Below are positions 21,900 through 30,560 of a stretch of 64,000 bases of DNA, one piece after another. Below the pieces are notes generated by a model. That model searched no databases. It was given only the letters and a program-made list of their open reading frames with translations, and was not told the DNA's origin. Position 1 is the first letter of the stretch. Each line of letters opens with the position of its first letter. This stretch comes from Candidatus Cloacimonadota bacterium. Lineage in GTDB: Bacteria > Cloacimonadota > Cloacimonadia > G963667145. Made by a program: the position numbers and the translations under genes. The DNA is taken from assembly GCA_963676615.1 (NCBI GenBank), contig OY781092.1:224001-288000 (forward strand). Reading direction: 5' to 3'.

Positions 21900-23977
21900 T
21901 GATATTTCACCACTTTGCGCTCGTCATACTCGGTTTTTTTGCCGTCGTTCCATTGGCTGATTGGGCGCAGATAGCCGACAATTCTAGAGTAAACTTCGCA
22001 TTCGCTGCCGCATTTTGGGCAAACCTTTTTTTCGCCAGAGATGTAGCCGTGTTTTTTGCAGATGCTGAAAGTTGGTGTGAGCGAGAAGTAGGGCAGTTTG
22101 TGCTTTTCGCTGATTTTTTTGACCAAATTTTTCACGACGGAAAAGTCGGTAATTTGCTCGCCACCAAACAGATGGACAACTGTGCCGCCGGTGTATTTGG
22201 CTTGGATTGCGTCTTGTTTGGCAAGGACTTCGAACAAGTCGTCGGAGTAGTCAACTGGCAACTGGGTTGAGTTGGTGTAGTATGGTGCTTGGTCGCCAGA
22301 TTTGCCAGCGGAGATGATATCGGCGTAGAGCTGTTTGTCTAGCTGCGCAAGGCGGAAGCTGGTGCCTTCGGCTGGTGTCGCCTCGAGGTTGTAGTTGTTG
22401 CCCGATGCGGTCTGATACTCCAGGAGTTTGTCGCGCATAAAGTCCATAATTCGCTCGGTGAACTCTTGCCCTTCTTGGCTGGCGATGTTTTTGCCCAAAA
22501 GGTTCAGGCACGCCTCGTTCATTCCCACAAGTCCGATGGTCGAGAAGTGGTTCACCCAATATTTTCCGCTTTTTTTCTTCATTCCACGCAAATAAAATTT
22601 CGAGTATGGGTAAAGATTTTTGTCGGTGTAACTTTCGAGGATTTTTCGTTTAATCTCAAGGCTCTCATAGGCGGTATCCATAAGGGCTGTCAGTCGTTGC
22701 TTGAACTCCTCTTCGGTTTTTGATAGATACCCCAGTCGCGGCATATTCATGGTTACCACGCCGACAGAGCCAGTGAGTGGATACGAGCCGAAAAGCCCGC
22801 CGCCTCTGACTTCCAGCTTGGAGGTGTCGATGTTCAGCCGACAGCACATCGAGCGGATGTCTTCGGGGTTCATATTGGAGTTGACGAAGTTGGCGAAATA
22901 GGGGATGCCGTATTTTCCTGTGGCTTTCCAGAGGTGCTCCAAAACGGGATTGTCCCAGTCGAAATTTTTGGTGATGTTGTAGGTCGGTATCGGAAAAGTG
23001 AACACGCGTCCGTTGGCGTCGCCGCCGCTCATCACCTCCAAAAACGCCTTGTTGATCATATCCATCTCTTTTTGGAATTCGCCGTAGGTTTTGTCTTGCA
23101 ATTTTCCGCCGATGATGACCGCCTCGTCTTTGTAGGAAGAGGGCATCGTCAGGTCCATCGTGATGTTGGTGAACGGCGTCTGAAAGCCGACTCTGGTTGG
23201 CACATTTAGGTTGTAGATGAAAGATTGCATCGCTTGAAAAACCTCGTGATAGGAGAGTTTGTCGTAATAGACGAACGGCGCAAGGAGCGTGTCGAAACTG
23301 GCGAAAGCTTGTGCGCCGCTGGCTTCTCCCTGCAGAGTGTAGAAAAAGTTGACGATCTGTCCCAAAGCGGAAACGAAATGGCTTGGTGGAGCGCAGGCAA
23401 CTTTGCCTTCGACTCCCTGAAAGCCCGTGACGAGCAAATCTTTGAGGTCCCAGCCGACGCAGTAAACAGAAAGTTGGCTCAAATCGTGAATGTGCAAATC
23501 GCCCTTCGAGTGCGCGTCTTTGATTTCGGTCGGGTAAATCTCGTTCAGCCAGTAAATTTTGCTCACCTCCGAGGCGATATAGTTGTTCAGCCCTTGCAGC
23601 GAGTAGCACATATTGCTGTTCTCTTTCACTTGCCAGTCGAGTTTTTTTAGGTAATTGTCGATCATCTGCACGCCAGAAGCCGAGGCAATTTCCCGAATTT
23701 TGGAGTGCTGGTCACGGTAGATGATGTAAGCTTTGGCGGTGTGTTTATATGGCGAAGCCAGCAGCACTTCCTCGACAATATCTTGGACATTTTCCACTGT
23801 GGGAGTTTTGTCTTTGATGGTCGATTGTGCCAAAGAAAGAACTCTCAGAGTGAGCTTTTCAGCCATTTTTTGGTTGAACTCGCCGGTGGCTTTGCCCGCT
23901 TTTACCAAGGCGGAGGTGATTTTTTGCGAATCAAAATTGACTTCAACGCCCTTTCGTTTGAGGATTTTTTTAAACAT
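21896..23977 (-). CDS. nrdD: Class III anaerobic ribonucleoside-triphosphate reductase with ATP cone
   Basis: N-terminal ATP cone, HIHDL, SMCCRL, EATPAEG, glycyl-radical loop YSRIVGYLRP, C-terminal Cys cluster. Confidence 0.95.
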   Translation of the reverse strand: MFKKILKRKGVEVNFDSQKITSALVKAGKATGEFNQKMAEKLTLRVLSLAQSTIKDKTPTVENVQDIVEEVLLASPYKHTAKAYIIYRDQHSKIREIASASGVQMIDNYLKKLDWQVKENSNMCYSLQGLNNYIASEVSKIYWLNEIYPTEIKDAHSKGDLHIHDLSQLSVYCVGWDLKDLLVTGFQGVEGKVACAPPSHFVSALGQIVNFFYTLQGEASGAQAFASFDTLLAPFVYYDKLSYHEVFQAMQSFIYNLNVPTRVGFQTPFTNITMDLTMPSSYKDEAVIIGGKLQDKTYGEFQKEMDMINKAFLEVMSGGDANGRVFTFPIPTYNITKNFDWDNPVLEHLWKATGKYGIPYFANFVNSNMNPEDIRSMCCRLNIDTSKLEVRGGGLFGSYPLTGSVGVVTMNMPRLGYLSKTEEEFKQRLTALMDTAYESLEIKRKILESYTDKNLYPYSKFYLRGMKKKSGKYWVNHFSTIGLVGMNEACLNLLGKNIASQEGQEFTERIMDFMRDKLLEYQTASGNNYNLEATPAEGTSFRLAQLDKQLYADIISAGKSGDQAPYYTNSTQLPVDYSDDLFEVLAKQDAIQAKYTGGTVVHLFGGEQITDFSVVKNLVKKISEKHKLPYFSLTPTFSICKKHGYISGEKKVCPKCGSECEVYSRIVGYLRPISQWNDGKKTEYDERKVVKYQ

Positions 23978-24162
23978 TTTTTCTCCTTACAAAAAATTAA
24001 CATCTTTGGAAATTTTTGCTTTGTGATATTTGATGTTTTCACAGCACTCAAAAAAGCCCTTAATGTCAAGCACAATCGCTTTTGAGGAGAGTTGGCACGA
24101 AATTAACAACGATTGGGAACCGCCAGTAATTTTGGGGGTTGTAGCCAGCCGTTTTTTTTTCG

Positions 24163-26664
24163 TTAATCGCCTAGATAAATTCCCGTGCTAAATTTTTGCA
24201 AATATTTTTGGGCGACTTTTTGCAGATCTTCTGCCGAAGTCTGTTCGATTCTTTGGTGATAGTTGCAAAAATGGCGAAACCCAAAGCCCAAAAGCTCCAG
24301 CTGTGCTAGGCTCTCGGCGATATTCAGCGGATCTTCTTCGTAAAAAAGTTTCAGGTTGCTCAAATAGCTTTTGCTCATTTGCAACTCTTGCGGAGTTACG
24401 CCCGCGCGGATTATGTCGGCGAAAATCTTTTGGATGCGATCCAGCACCGCTTGACCTGCTCCTTTTTGCACCAGCGCAGACGCCTTGAAATAGCCAAAAT
24501 CCAAAAAACTGCTCTGCGAAAAGCCGCAAGAGTAGGCGACGCCCATCTCCTCACGCAAAATGTTGAACATTCGGGAGCTGATGCTGCCGCCGATTATTTG
24601 GCTCAAGACGGCAAAAGCGGTCGTCTCTTTTGTGGCGAGTGAGTTGTTGCTGGCGCCTAGCAGATAGACGATGTCTTGGGTCGAATCTTGCAGGTTTTCC
24701 TTGATTTGCAGCTCGCAGTTCAGCGAAAATTTTTGGTTTTTTCGTGGGAAAATTTTGCTGCTGGCGAAATCGGTAAAACTTTTTTGGCAAAGCGAAATCA
24801 CTTTTTCGGGGTCGATGTTGCCCACAACGCTCAAAACAAACTCTTGAGGCAAAAAATGGTTTTCGTGCCAATCTTTCACCTGCGCTAAATCCAGCGATTG
24901 CAGGCTTTTGAGCGTCCCTTTTTTTTGCACGAAAGGGCTGGCTTTGCCAAAAACCTCCTCCTTGAAAAGCTTGTCGGCTTTGTGCACGGGATAGTCTTGC
25001 ACCCTCTGCAAATTCGACTTGTAGCGCTGCACCAGCAGGTCGAACTGCTTCTGCTCAAAGCGCGGTTTTTGATAGGTCAGCGCCAGCATTTGCAACGCTT
25101 CTGGCAAAGATCTTGTGAAACATTTGAGGTCGAGGCTGGTGACATCCAAGCCGCAATTTATGTGAAACTTAAAGCCGTTTTCTTGGCAAAAATCGATAAA
25201 CTGGCTGTGAGTTTGCTGTTGGTTGCCATACGCCAAAAGGTGTGAGCAAACGCTCTGGATGCCCAATTGATGCGGCTTTTCCTGCTTCATTGCCGAGTGC
25301 GTGGATAGGCAAATTCCGCAGCTTTCTGCTTGCGGCTCTTTTTTTATAACGATTTTGAAGTTGTCAAAAAGCTGATAGCAAAACATCTCTTCTGTGGGAA
25401 TTTCCGCCTTTTTTTCGGCAGAAATTTTGTTGTTTAGAGCTGCTTTTTTCCCCAGATGATAGACCTGATAGTCGCTAAAATACTTGCCGATAGTGCGTTG
25501 CACGGCATCGAAAGTGACGCCTTCGAGCATTTTGCAATAGCGTAGGGTCACCGAAAAATCGCCAGCGATGTGCGAGAGTCCCAGCTGCACGCCCAAATCT
25601 TCGCAACTCTCCAGACTGAAGCGGTGAGCGTTGTCCAAAATTTTGCGAGCTTGCTGAAATTGGCTGTAGCTGCAACCGTTTTTGGCGAAATCGTCGAGGA
25701 GCTTTTTCGCTTCGGACAGCACTTTTTGCGCGTCTTGTTGCGGAAAAATCTGCAAGACCAAAGCTCCCGGCGTCGCTTGCCCGATATCGCAACTGGAGAT
25801 GTGGTCGGCGATCCCCAGCTCTTGCTTGAGCGTCTTTTGCAAAATCGAATTTTGGTGCTCTGCCAAAATTGTGGACGCCAGCGCAAACGGCAGGTAATCT
25901 TTTTGCGATTGCGCGGGAGCGTTGAAGACGATGTTCAGCTGCGGCTTTTCCACTTTTTTGCGGAAAAACTCATACCCTTTTTGGTGCTGACCGAGCGGCT
26001 CTGGTTCTTCAGCGGGATTTTCTGCCAATCGATTTTCCCAGGAGCCAAAATTTTTTTCGACCTCTTCGAGCAAATTTGCGGGCAAATCGCCCGTGGCGAC
26101 CAAAAAACAGTTGCTGGGCGTATATTTTTGTTTGTAAAAATCGCGTAATTGCTGCGGTGTGGACTGCTTCAAGTTCTTTTCGTTGCCGATAATCGGATAG
26201 CGATAGTTGGCTTTGCAAAAAAAGTGCGCCAAACTGCTTTCAAAAAACCACTCGTCGGGGTCGTTTTGATATTGATAAAGCTCCTCTAGCACCACATTTT
26301 TTTCGACTGCAAATTCGTCTTGAGCAAAGTTGGCAAAGCGGGTGAGCTGGCTCAAAATTTCAAGCCCTTGCGCAATGTGCTGGCTGGGCAGCATCAAATA
26401 GAAGCAGGTGGAGTTGTATTCGGTAAAGGCGTTTATCGAGCCGCCGAGCCGCGAGACTTCGTCCATCACCGCGTTTTGCGGGAATTTTTGTGTCGATTTG
26501 AAAACCAAATGTTCGGTGAAGTGGGCAAAGCCGCGTTGGGCATCGGTCTCCTGATTTGAGCCGCAGCGCACGAAAACCGCAAGGTAGGCGATTTTGCGAT
26601 TTGGCAGCGGACAATGGATGGCTTGAAAGCCGTTTTCTAGCGTGTTGAGCTGATGATTTATCAT
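24163..26664 (-). CDS. M16 (pitrilysin/insulinase) family zinc peptidase, two fused halves
   Basis: Inverted zinc motif AHFTEHL, INAFT, SSRMFNILREEMGVAYS. Confidence 0.88.
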   Translation of the reverse strand: MINHQLNTLENGFQAIHCPLPNRKIAYLAVFVRCGSNQETDAQRGFAHFTEHLVFKSTQKFPQNAVMDEVSRLGGSINAFTEYNSTCFYLMLPSQHIAQGLEILSQLTRFANFAQDEFAVEKNVVLEELYQYQNDPDEWFFESSLAHFFCKANYRYPIIGNEKNLKQSTPQQLRDFYKQKYTPSNCFLVATGDLPANLLEEVEKNFGSWENRLAENPAEEPEPLGQHQKGYEFFRKKVEKPQLNIVFNAPAQSQKDYLPFALASTILAEHQNSILQKTLKQELGIADHISSCDIGQATPGALVLQIFPQQDAQKVLSEAKKLLDDFAKNGCSYSQFQQARKILDNAHRFSLESCEDLGVQLGLSHIAGDFSVTLRYCKMLEGVTFDAVQRTIGKYFSDYQVYHLGKKAALNNKISAEKKAEIPTEEMFCYQLFDNFKIVIKKEPQAESCGICLSTHSAMKQEKPHQLGIQSVCSHLLAYGNQQQTHSQFIDFCQENGFKFHINCGLDVTSLDLKCFTRSLPEALQMLALTYQKPRFEQKQFDLLVQRYKSNLQRVQDYPVHKADKLFKEEVFGKASPFVQKKGTLKSLQSLDLAQVKDWHENHFLPQEFVLSVVGNIDPEKVISLCQKSFTDFASSKIFPRKNQKFSLNCELQIKENLQDSTQDIVYLLGASNNSLATKETTAFAVLSQIIGGSISSRMFNILREEMGVAYSCGFSQSSFLDFGYFKASALVQKGAGQAVLDRIQKIFADIIRAGVTPQELQMSKSYLSNLKLFYEEDPLNIAESLAQLELLGFGFRHFCNYHQRIEQTSAEDLQKVAQKYLQKFSTGIYLGD

Positions 26665-26703
26665 TTTTTGTGAAACCTTAAAAATCGTTTATTTAGCAAA
26701 AAA

Positions 26704-26802
26704 GAGCAGACAAACATAAATACGAAACTGATAAGGTTTAATGCTGCTTCCTCTCGGACCTGACATGGTTCGCCCCACAGTAGCTATCTAAGTTGCCTGC
26801 TG
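26704..26802 (-). ncRNA. ffs: Signal recognition particle RNA (small, 4.5S type)
   Basis: Minus strand has GAACCATGTCAGGTCCGAGAGGAAGCAGCAT (SRP domain IV); ends agcaggcaa/ttgtctgct pair; TTGACA upstream at 26841-26846. Confidence 0.9.
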
Positions 26803-26918
26803 CTTATTTTTTCAGACAAAATTTGGCTCAAAGCAAAGCGTGTCAATTTTTTTGTTGTTTATTATGGACAAACTTGGCTTTGCCAAAAATCTAGTGAAAA
26901 AATGACGAAGCTGGGTAA

Positions 26919-27098
26919 ATGAAAAACATTAAGTTCAAAAATTGCGTGACATTAGAGGAGATAACCAAAGGTTTTTTGCTCTATCGTCAACTTTGCAGCT
27001 GGGGCAAAAAGCCCGAGGGAAACTTTGAATTTTTGGGCGAAACTTTTGAGCTGAAAAAAAACAGAACGGAGATAATCATAAAAAGGATAAATTTATGA
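26919..27098 (+). CDS. Small hypothetical protein (59 aa), not in ORF track
   Basis: MKNIKFKNCVTLEEITKGFLLYRQLCSWGKKPEGNFEFLGETFELKKNRTEIIIKRINL; stop overlaps next start (ATGA). Confidence 0.55.
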   Translation: MKNIKFKNCVTLEEITKGFLLYRQLCSWGKKPEGNFEFLGETFELKKNRTEIIIKRINL

Positions 27099-29209
27099 GC
27101 CATTTGTGGCGGGACATCAGGCGTAGTGTGGGGGCGAACTTTTTCCCGATAGCCTCTTTGCTTTTGCTCTCGGCGGTCTATTTTTTCGTTTTGCACATTT
27201 TTGGCATCGACAAAAACACCTTCGCCAAAGAGCAGCAACTTTTGTTTTTGCAAGGCTCTTTGGGCAGTTTTTTCAACAACCATTTTTTCGCGGGAACGCC
27301 CACGCTTTTTTCGATTTTGTCCAAAGGCGATTTCTTGTTCGAACACTTTATCTGTCTGCCGTTTATCGTGATGTGGATCGGCGCAAGCGGCGTCTATGCG
27401 CTGCTGCACTACGGCAAAAATGTCGGCACTTGGATTGCGGTGGTTACTGCGGCAATTTGGCTGGTTTTCCCGTTTTGGCAATATCTGGACGCCTCTGGTT
27501 ATTTCGAGCAGCTTCTTTTTTTTGCGACAATTCCGTGGGTGATTTTGGCGACGATTTACCTCAAAAATCGTTACACGATTTGGGCGTTCGCTTGGTTTTC
27601 GCTTTCTCTTAGCGCCCTTTTCAAATTTTGTCAGCCGCAAACTTTCTACCTTGCTGTTTTTGCAATTTTGGCGGCGCTTGTGGCTCTTTTTTTGCAATAT
27701 TTCCGCAGCAGGCAAAAGCTTTCTTACGCCAAATTTTGTGTGCTGGTTTTTGCGGGATTTTTGCTAGCGATTTTTGCGTCTGCTCAGCCAGTTTTCAGTT
27801 TCGTTCGCCTTTTTGGCGAGCTGACTTATGCCAACGATTACATCTTGCCCGCAGAAAATTTTTTCCGACTTTTTCGCCTAGAGACAAATATTTTTTTGGC
27901 TTTGGCGGTTTTGATTTTTGCCAGTTTTGGCGCGGCGAAAAATTATTGCTACATATTTTTGGCGATAATTTTGGCGGGTTTTCCGTATCTTTTGCAGTTT
28001 TTGCCGCAAGCGTGGCTGGTTAAAAATCCGTATCTTGCTTTTGGTTTTGTGACCACATTTTTGTTTGTTTTGTTTGGAGTCGGACTCGATCGAGTCTTGA
28101 TGATGCGAAAAATTTCGTGCGTGGAGCCAGGAAAAAGTTACCTTGTTTTTTTGCTTTTGAGCGTGATTTTGTTTGTCGGTCTGTTTTTGCGATTTGGCGA
28201 TGTGAGTTTTGTCCGCTTTTTTATTGTGGCGCAAATTTTTTCGCTTTTGGCGTTTTTTTTGCTGCTTTCGTGCCGTCGCAGTTGCAAAAATCATACGCTG
28301 CTTTTGTCGGCAATTTTCGCTTTTGTTTTTTCGATTTTTTCTGTTGCGGGCGCATATCATCGCGTTCAGTATTCACACGAGAAAACCACGCCGTATAAGG
28401 CGCTGGATAAGTTTATGAGCGCCGACAAAGAAAATTATCGCATCTTTCCGCTGGAGAGTTTGCTGTTTGACAATCGCTTTGGCGAGGATTACGCCACCAT
28501 TGGCGGCTCGGCTCCTGTTATTGCCAAAAATTATCGGGAGCTTGCCCAAAATTGTCTGGAGTTTGAGCTCAGTAGCGATTTGCCGATTAACTGGAATGTG
28601 CTGGATATGCTGGCGGTGAAGTATGTTTTGCGGCAAAAGGCGCCGATCAAGGTGGACGAGCTGGATTATGTCGATTACGAGCCGCAGACGAAGATTTCGG
28701 TTTATGAGAACAAAAATTATCGGGGCAAACTCTGGTTTGTGGACGATGCGCTGGTGCTGCAAAATCCCGAGTCGGCATACAAAATGATAAACACCGCGGG
28801 CTTTGATCCGTTTTCGCTGGCTTTGCTGGAGGAGCCGCTGCCTACGGATGTGGAAACGCCAGAGAGTTATAGCGCCAAAATTGTTCGCGATGATAAGGAC
28901 AAAATTGAGCTGCGAATTTTCACGGATGTGCCGTCGTTTGTGGTGTTTAGCAATAATTTTTCGGACGACTGGTATGGGTTTAGCAAGGAAGATGGCGTTA
29001 AAATTTACAAGGTGAACGGCTTTTTGCAGGGGTTTTATCTGAAGCCCGGTTTGCACGAGATTACGCTGGAATATATTCCCGTTTTGGAAAAAATGGCGGG
29101 CAAAATTTCGCTAATTTTTGGTTCTGCGCAGTTGGTGCTGTTGTTGGTCGGCTTTTTTTATTATGTGAAAAAAAATTACGCCAATAAAATTGTGTATATT
29201 TTGAGATGA
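27095..29209 (+). CDS. YfhO-family multi-pass membrane protein (GT-C-like)
   Basis: Many TM helices; soluble domain with VLDMLAVKY, VYENKNY, IYKVNGFLQGFYLKPGLHEITLEY, then a final TM. Confidence 0.75.
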   Translation: MSHLWRDIRRSVGANFFPIASLLLLSAVYFFVLHIFGIDKNTFAKEQQLLFLQGSLGSFFNNHFFAGTPTLFSILSKGDFLFEHFICLPFIVMWIGASGVYALLHYGKNVGTWIAVVTAAIWLVFPFWQYLDASGYFEQLLFFATIPWVILATIYLKNRYTIWAFAWFSLSLSALFKFCQPQTFYLAVFAILAALVALFLQYFRSRQKLSYAKFCVLVFAGFLLAIFASAQPVFSFVRLFGELTYANDYILPAENFFRLFRLETNIFLALAVLIFASFGAAKNYCYIFLAIILAGFPYLLQFLPQAWLVKNPYLAFGFVTTFLFVLFGVGLDRVLMMRKISCVEPGKSYLVFLLLSVILFVGLFLRFGDVSFVRFFIVAQIFSLLAFFLLLSCRRSCKNHTLLLSAIFAFVFSIFSVAGAYHRVQYSHEKTTPYKALDKFMSADKENYRIFPLESLLFDNRFGEDYATIGGSAPVIAKNYRELAQNCLEFELSSDLPINWNVLDMLAVKYVLRQKAPIKVDELDYVDYEPQTKISVYENKNYRGKLWFVDDALVLQNPESAYKMINTAGFDPFSLALLEEPLPTDVETPESYSAKIVRDDKDKIELRIFTDVPSFVVFSNNFSDDWYGFSKEDGVKIYKVNGFLQGFYLKPGLHEITLEYIPVLEKMAGKISLIFGSAQLVLLLVGFFYYVKKNYANKIVYILR

Positions 29210-30072
29210 GCGACTACAAAAGCGGGTTTGTGGCGATTGTGGGCAAGCCGAATGTGGGCAAATCGACGCTGCTAAACAGCATTTTGGGGGCGAAGATTTC
29301 GATAACTTCGTCAAAGCCGCAGACCACTCGGCAAAGCGTGAAGGGCATCTACAGCGACGACGCTACGCAGATTGTGTTTTTGGATACGCCGGGCTTTGTG
29401 GAGCCTCGCTACGAGCTGCACAGCAAGCTTTTGGAGTATATCGATGCTGGGCTGAAAAAGGCGGATTTGATTGTTTTTGTTTCGTGTGCGCCAGGTTTTC
29501 CGTCGGAGTATGACAAAAAAATTATGGAGATTTTGGGTAAGTATAAGACGCCGAAGATTTTGCTTTTTAACAAGAGCGATTTGCATCAGGAGGCGGACGC
29601 AACGACTGAAATTCCCGGAGATTTTTTTGTGCAGGTGAAGAGCGTGAGCGCGCTGCAGGACGATTACAAGTCGTTTTTGCAGATTTTTAGGCCGTATTTG
29701 CCGCATTCTGTGCAGTTTTATGACCCCGAATATTTGACCGATATGCCGATGCGGTTTATCGCTTCGGAGCTGATTCGAGAGCAAGTTTTCCAAAATTATC
29801 AGGCGGAGATTCCGTATTCTGTGGCGGTGACGATCGAGAGTTATGTGGAGCACGAGAACAAGGTTGAAATTTTGGCGAATATTTGGGTGGAGCGAAAGTC
29901 GCAAAAGATTATTCTGATTGGCACAAATGGCGCTGGTCTAGCCCAAATTCGCAAAGTGGCGCAGTCGCAGATTTATCGCCTTGTGGACAAGCGGGTGAAG
30001 CTCAATCTTTGGGTGAAAATCAAGTCCGATTGGAAAAAGAAAAAGAACGCTCTGAAGGAGTTCGGATATTGA
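29206..30072 (+). CDS. era: GTPase Era
   Basis: SGFVAIVGKPNVGKSTL, KPQTTR, DTPG, NKSD, KH domain EIPYSV. Confidence 0.96.
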   Translation: MSDYKSGFVAIVGKPNVGKSTLLNSILGAKISITSSKPQTTRQSVKGIYSDDATQIVFLDTPGFVEPRYELHSKLLEYIDAGLKKADLIVFVSCAPGFPSEYDKKIMEILGKYKTPKILLFNKSDLHQEADATTEIPGDFFVQVKSVSALQDDYKSFLQIFRPYLPHSVQFYDPEYLTDMPMRFIASELIREQVFQNYQAEIPYSVAVTIESYVEHENKVEILANIWVERKSQKIILIGTNGAGLAQIRKVAQSQIYRLVDKRVKLNLWVKIKSDWKKKKNALKEFGY

Positions 30073-30287
30073 TTTTGCTGTTTTTTGCGGTTTTGAAATT
30101 TTTCGGCTGAAAAAAACGGCGTTTTTTCTTTAGTCAGAGTAAATATTTTCCAAGAAAACTCTTGACTAACTTCCTTTGTGGTAGAGATTTATTCTATTGT
30201 GTTCTATTTTGGCTAGTTAGCGTAAAAATTAAAAAAGTTTTGAAATTTAAATAATATCGTAATTTATTGTATATAAGGAGAATACGA

Positions 30288-30527
30288 ATGTCAAAAAACA
30301 ATAGAGGCGCAGGACTCAGAGAAGTTCCTGGCAGAGGCAGAGGCGAATGCCCTTTGTGTGGCAGAACTGGAATTAAACTGGTTTATGAGGTGAAAAAGGG
30401 TGAAGAGACTTTGAAAGTTTGCAAAAATTGCCGCAACAAGAAATTTGCTGAGCCAAAGAAAGAGTCTCCAGCGCCAGAGGTTGAGGCGAAAGAAGAGTCC
30501 GCAGCAGAGGCTGAGGGCGACGCTTAG
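30288..30527 (+). CDS. Small basic zinc-ribbon protein with acidic tail (possible bL38-like ribosomal protein)
   Basis: RBS aaggag; GRGRGECPLCGRTGIKLVYE...VCKNC. Confidence 0.75.
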   Translation: MSKNNRGAGLREVPGRGRGECPLCGRTGIKLVYEVKKGEETLKVCKNCRNKKFAEPKKESPAPEVEAKEESAAEAEGDA

Positions 30528-30560
30528 AAAGAACGACAAAAAGTAGGAGAGACGAAGAAG

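Noticed and set aside
23978..24162. NrdR boxes upstream of nrdD
   Set aside because: No convincing match to the palindromic consensus by eye.
30073..30560. T-box or leader attenuator for thrS
   Set aside because: No T-box motif seen; the region holds a promoter and a small CDS.
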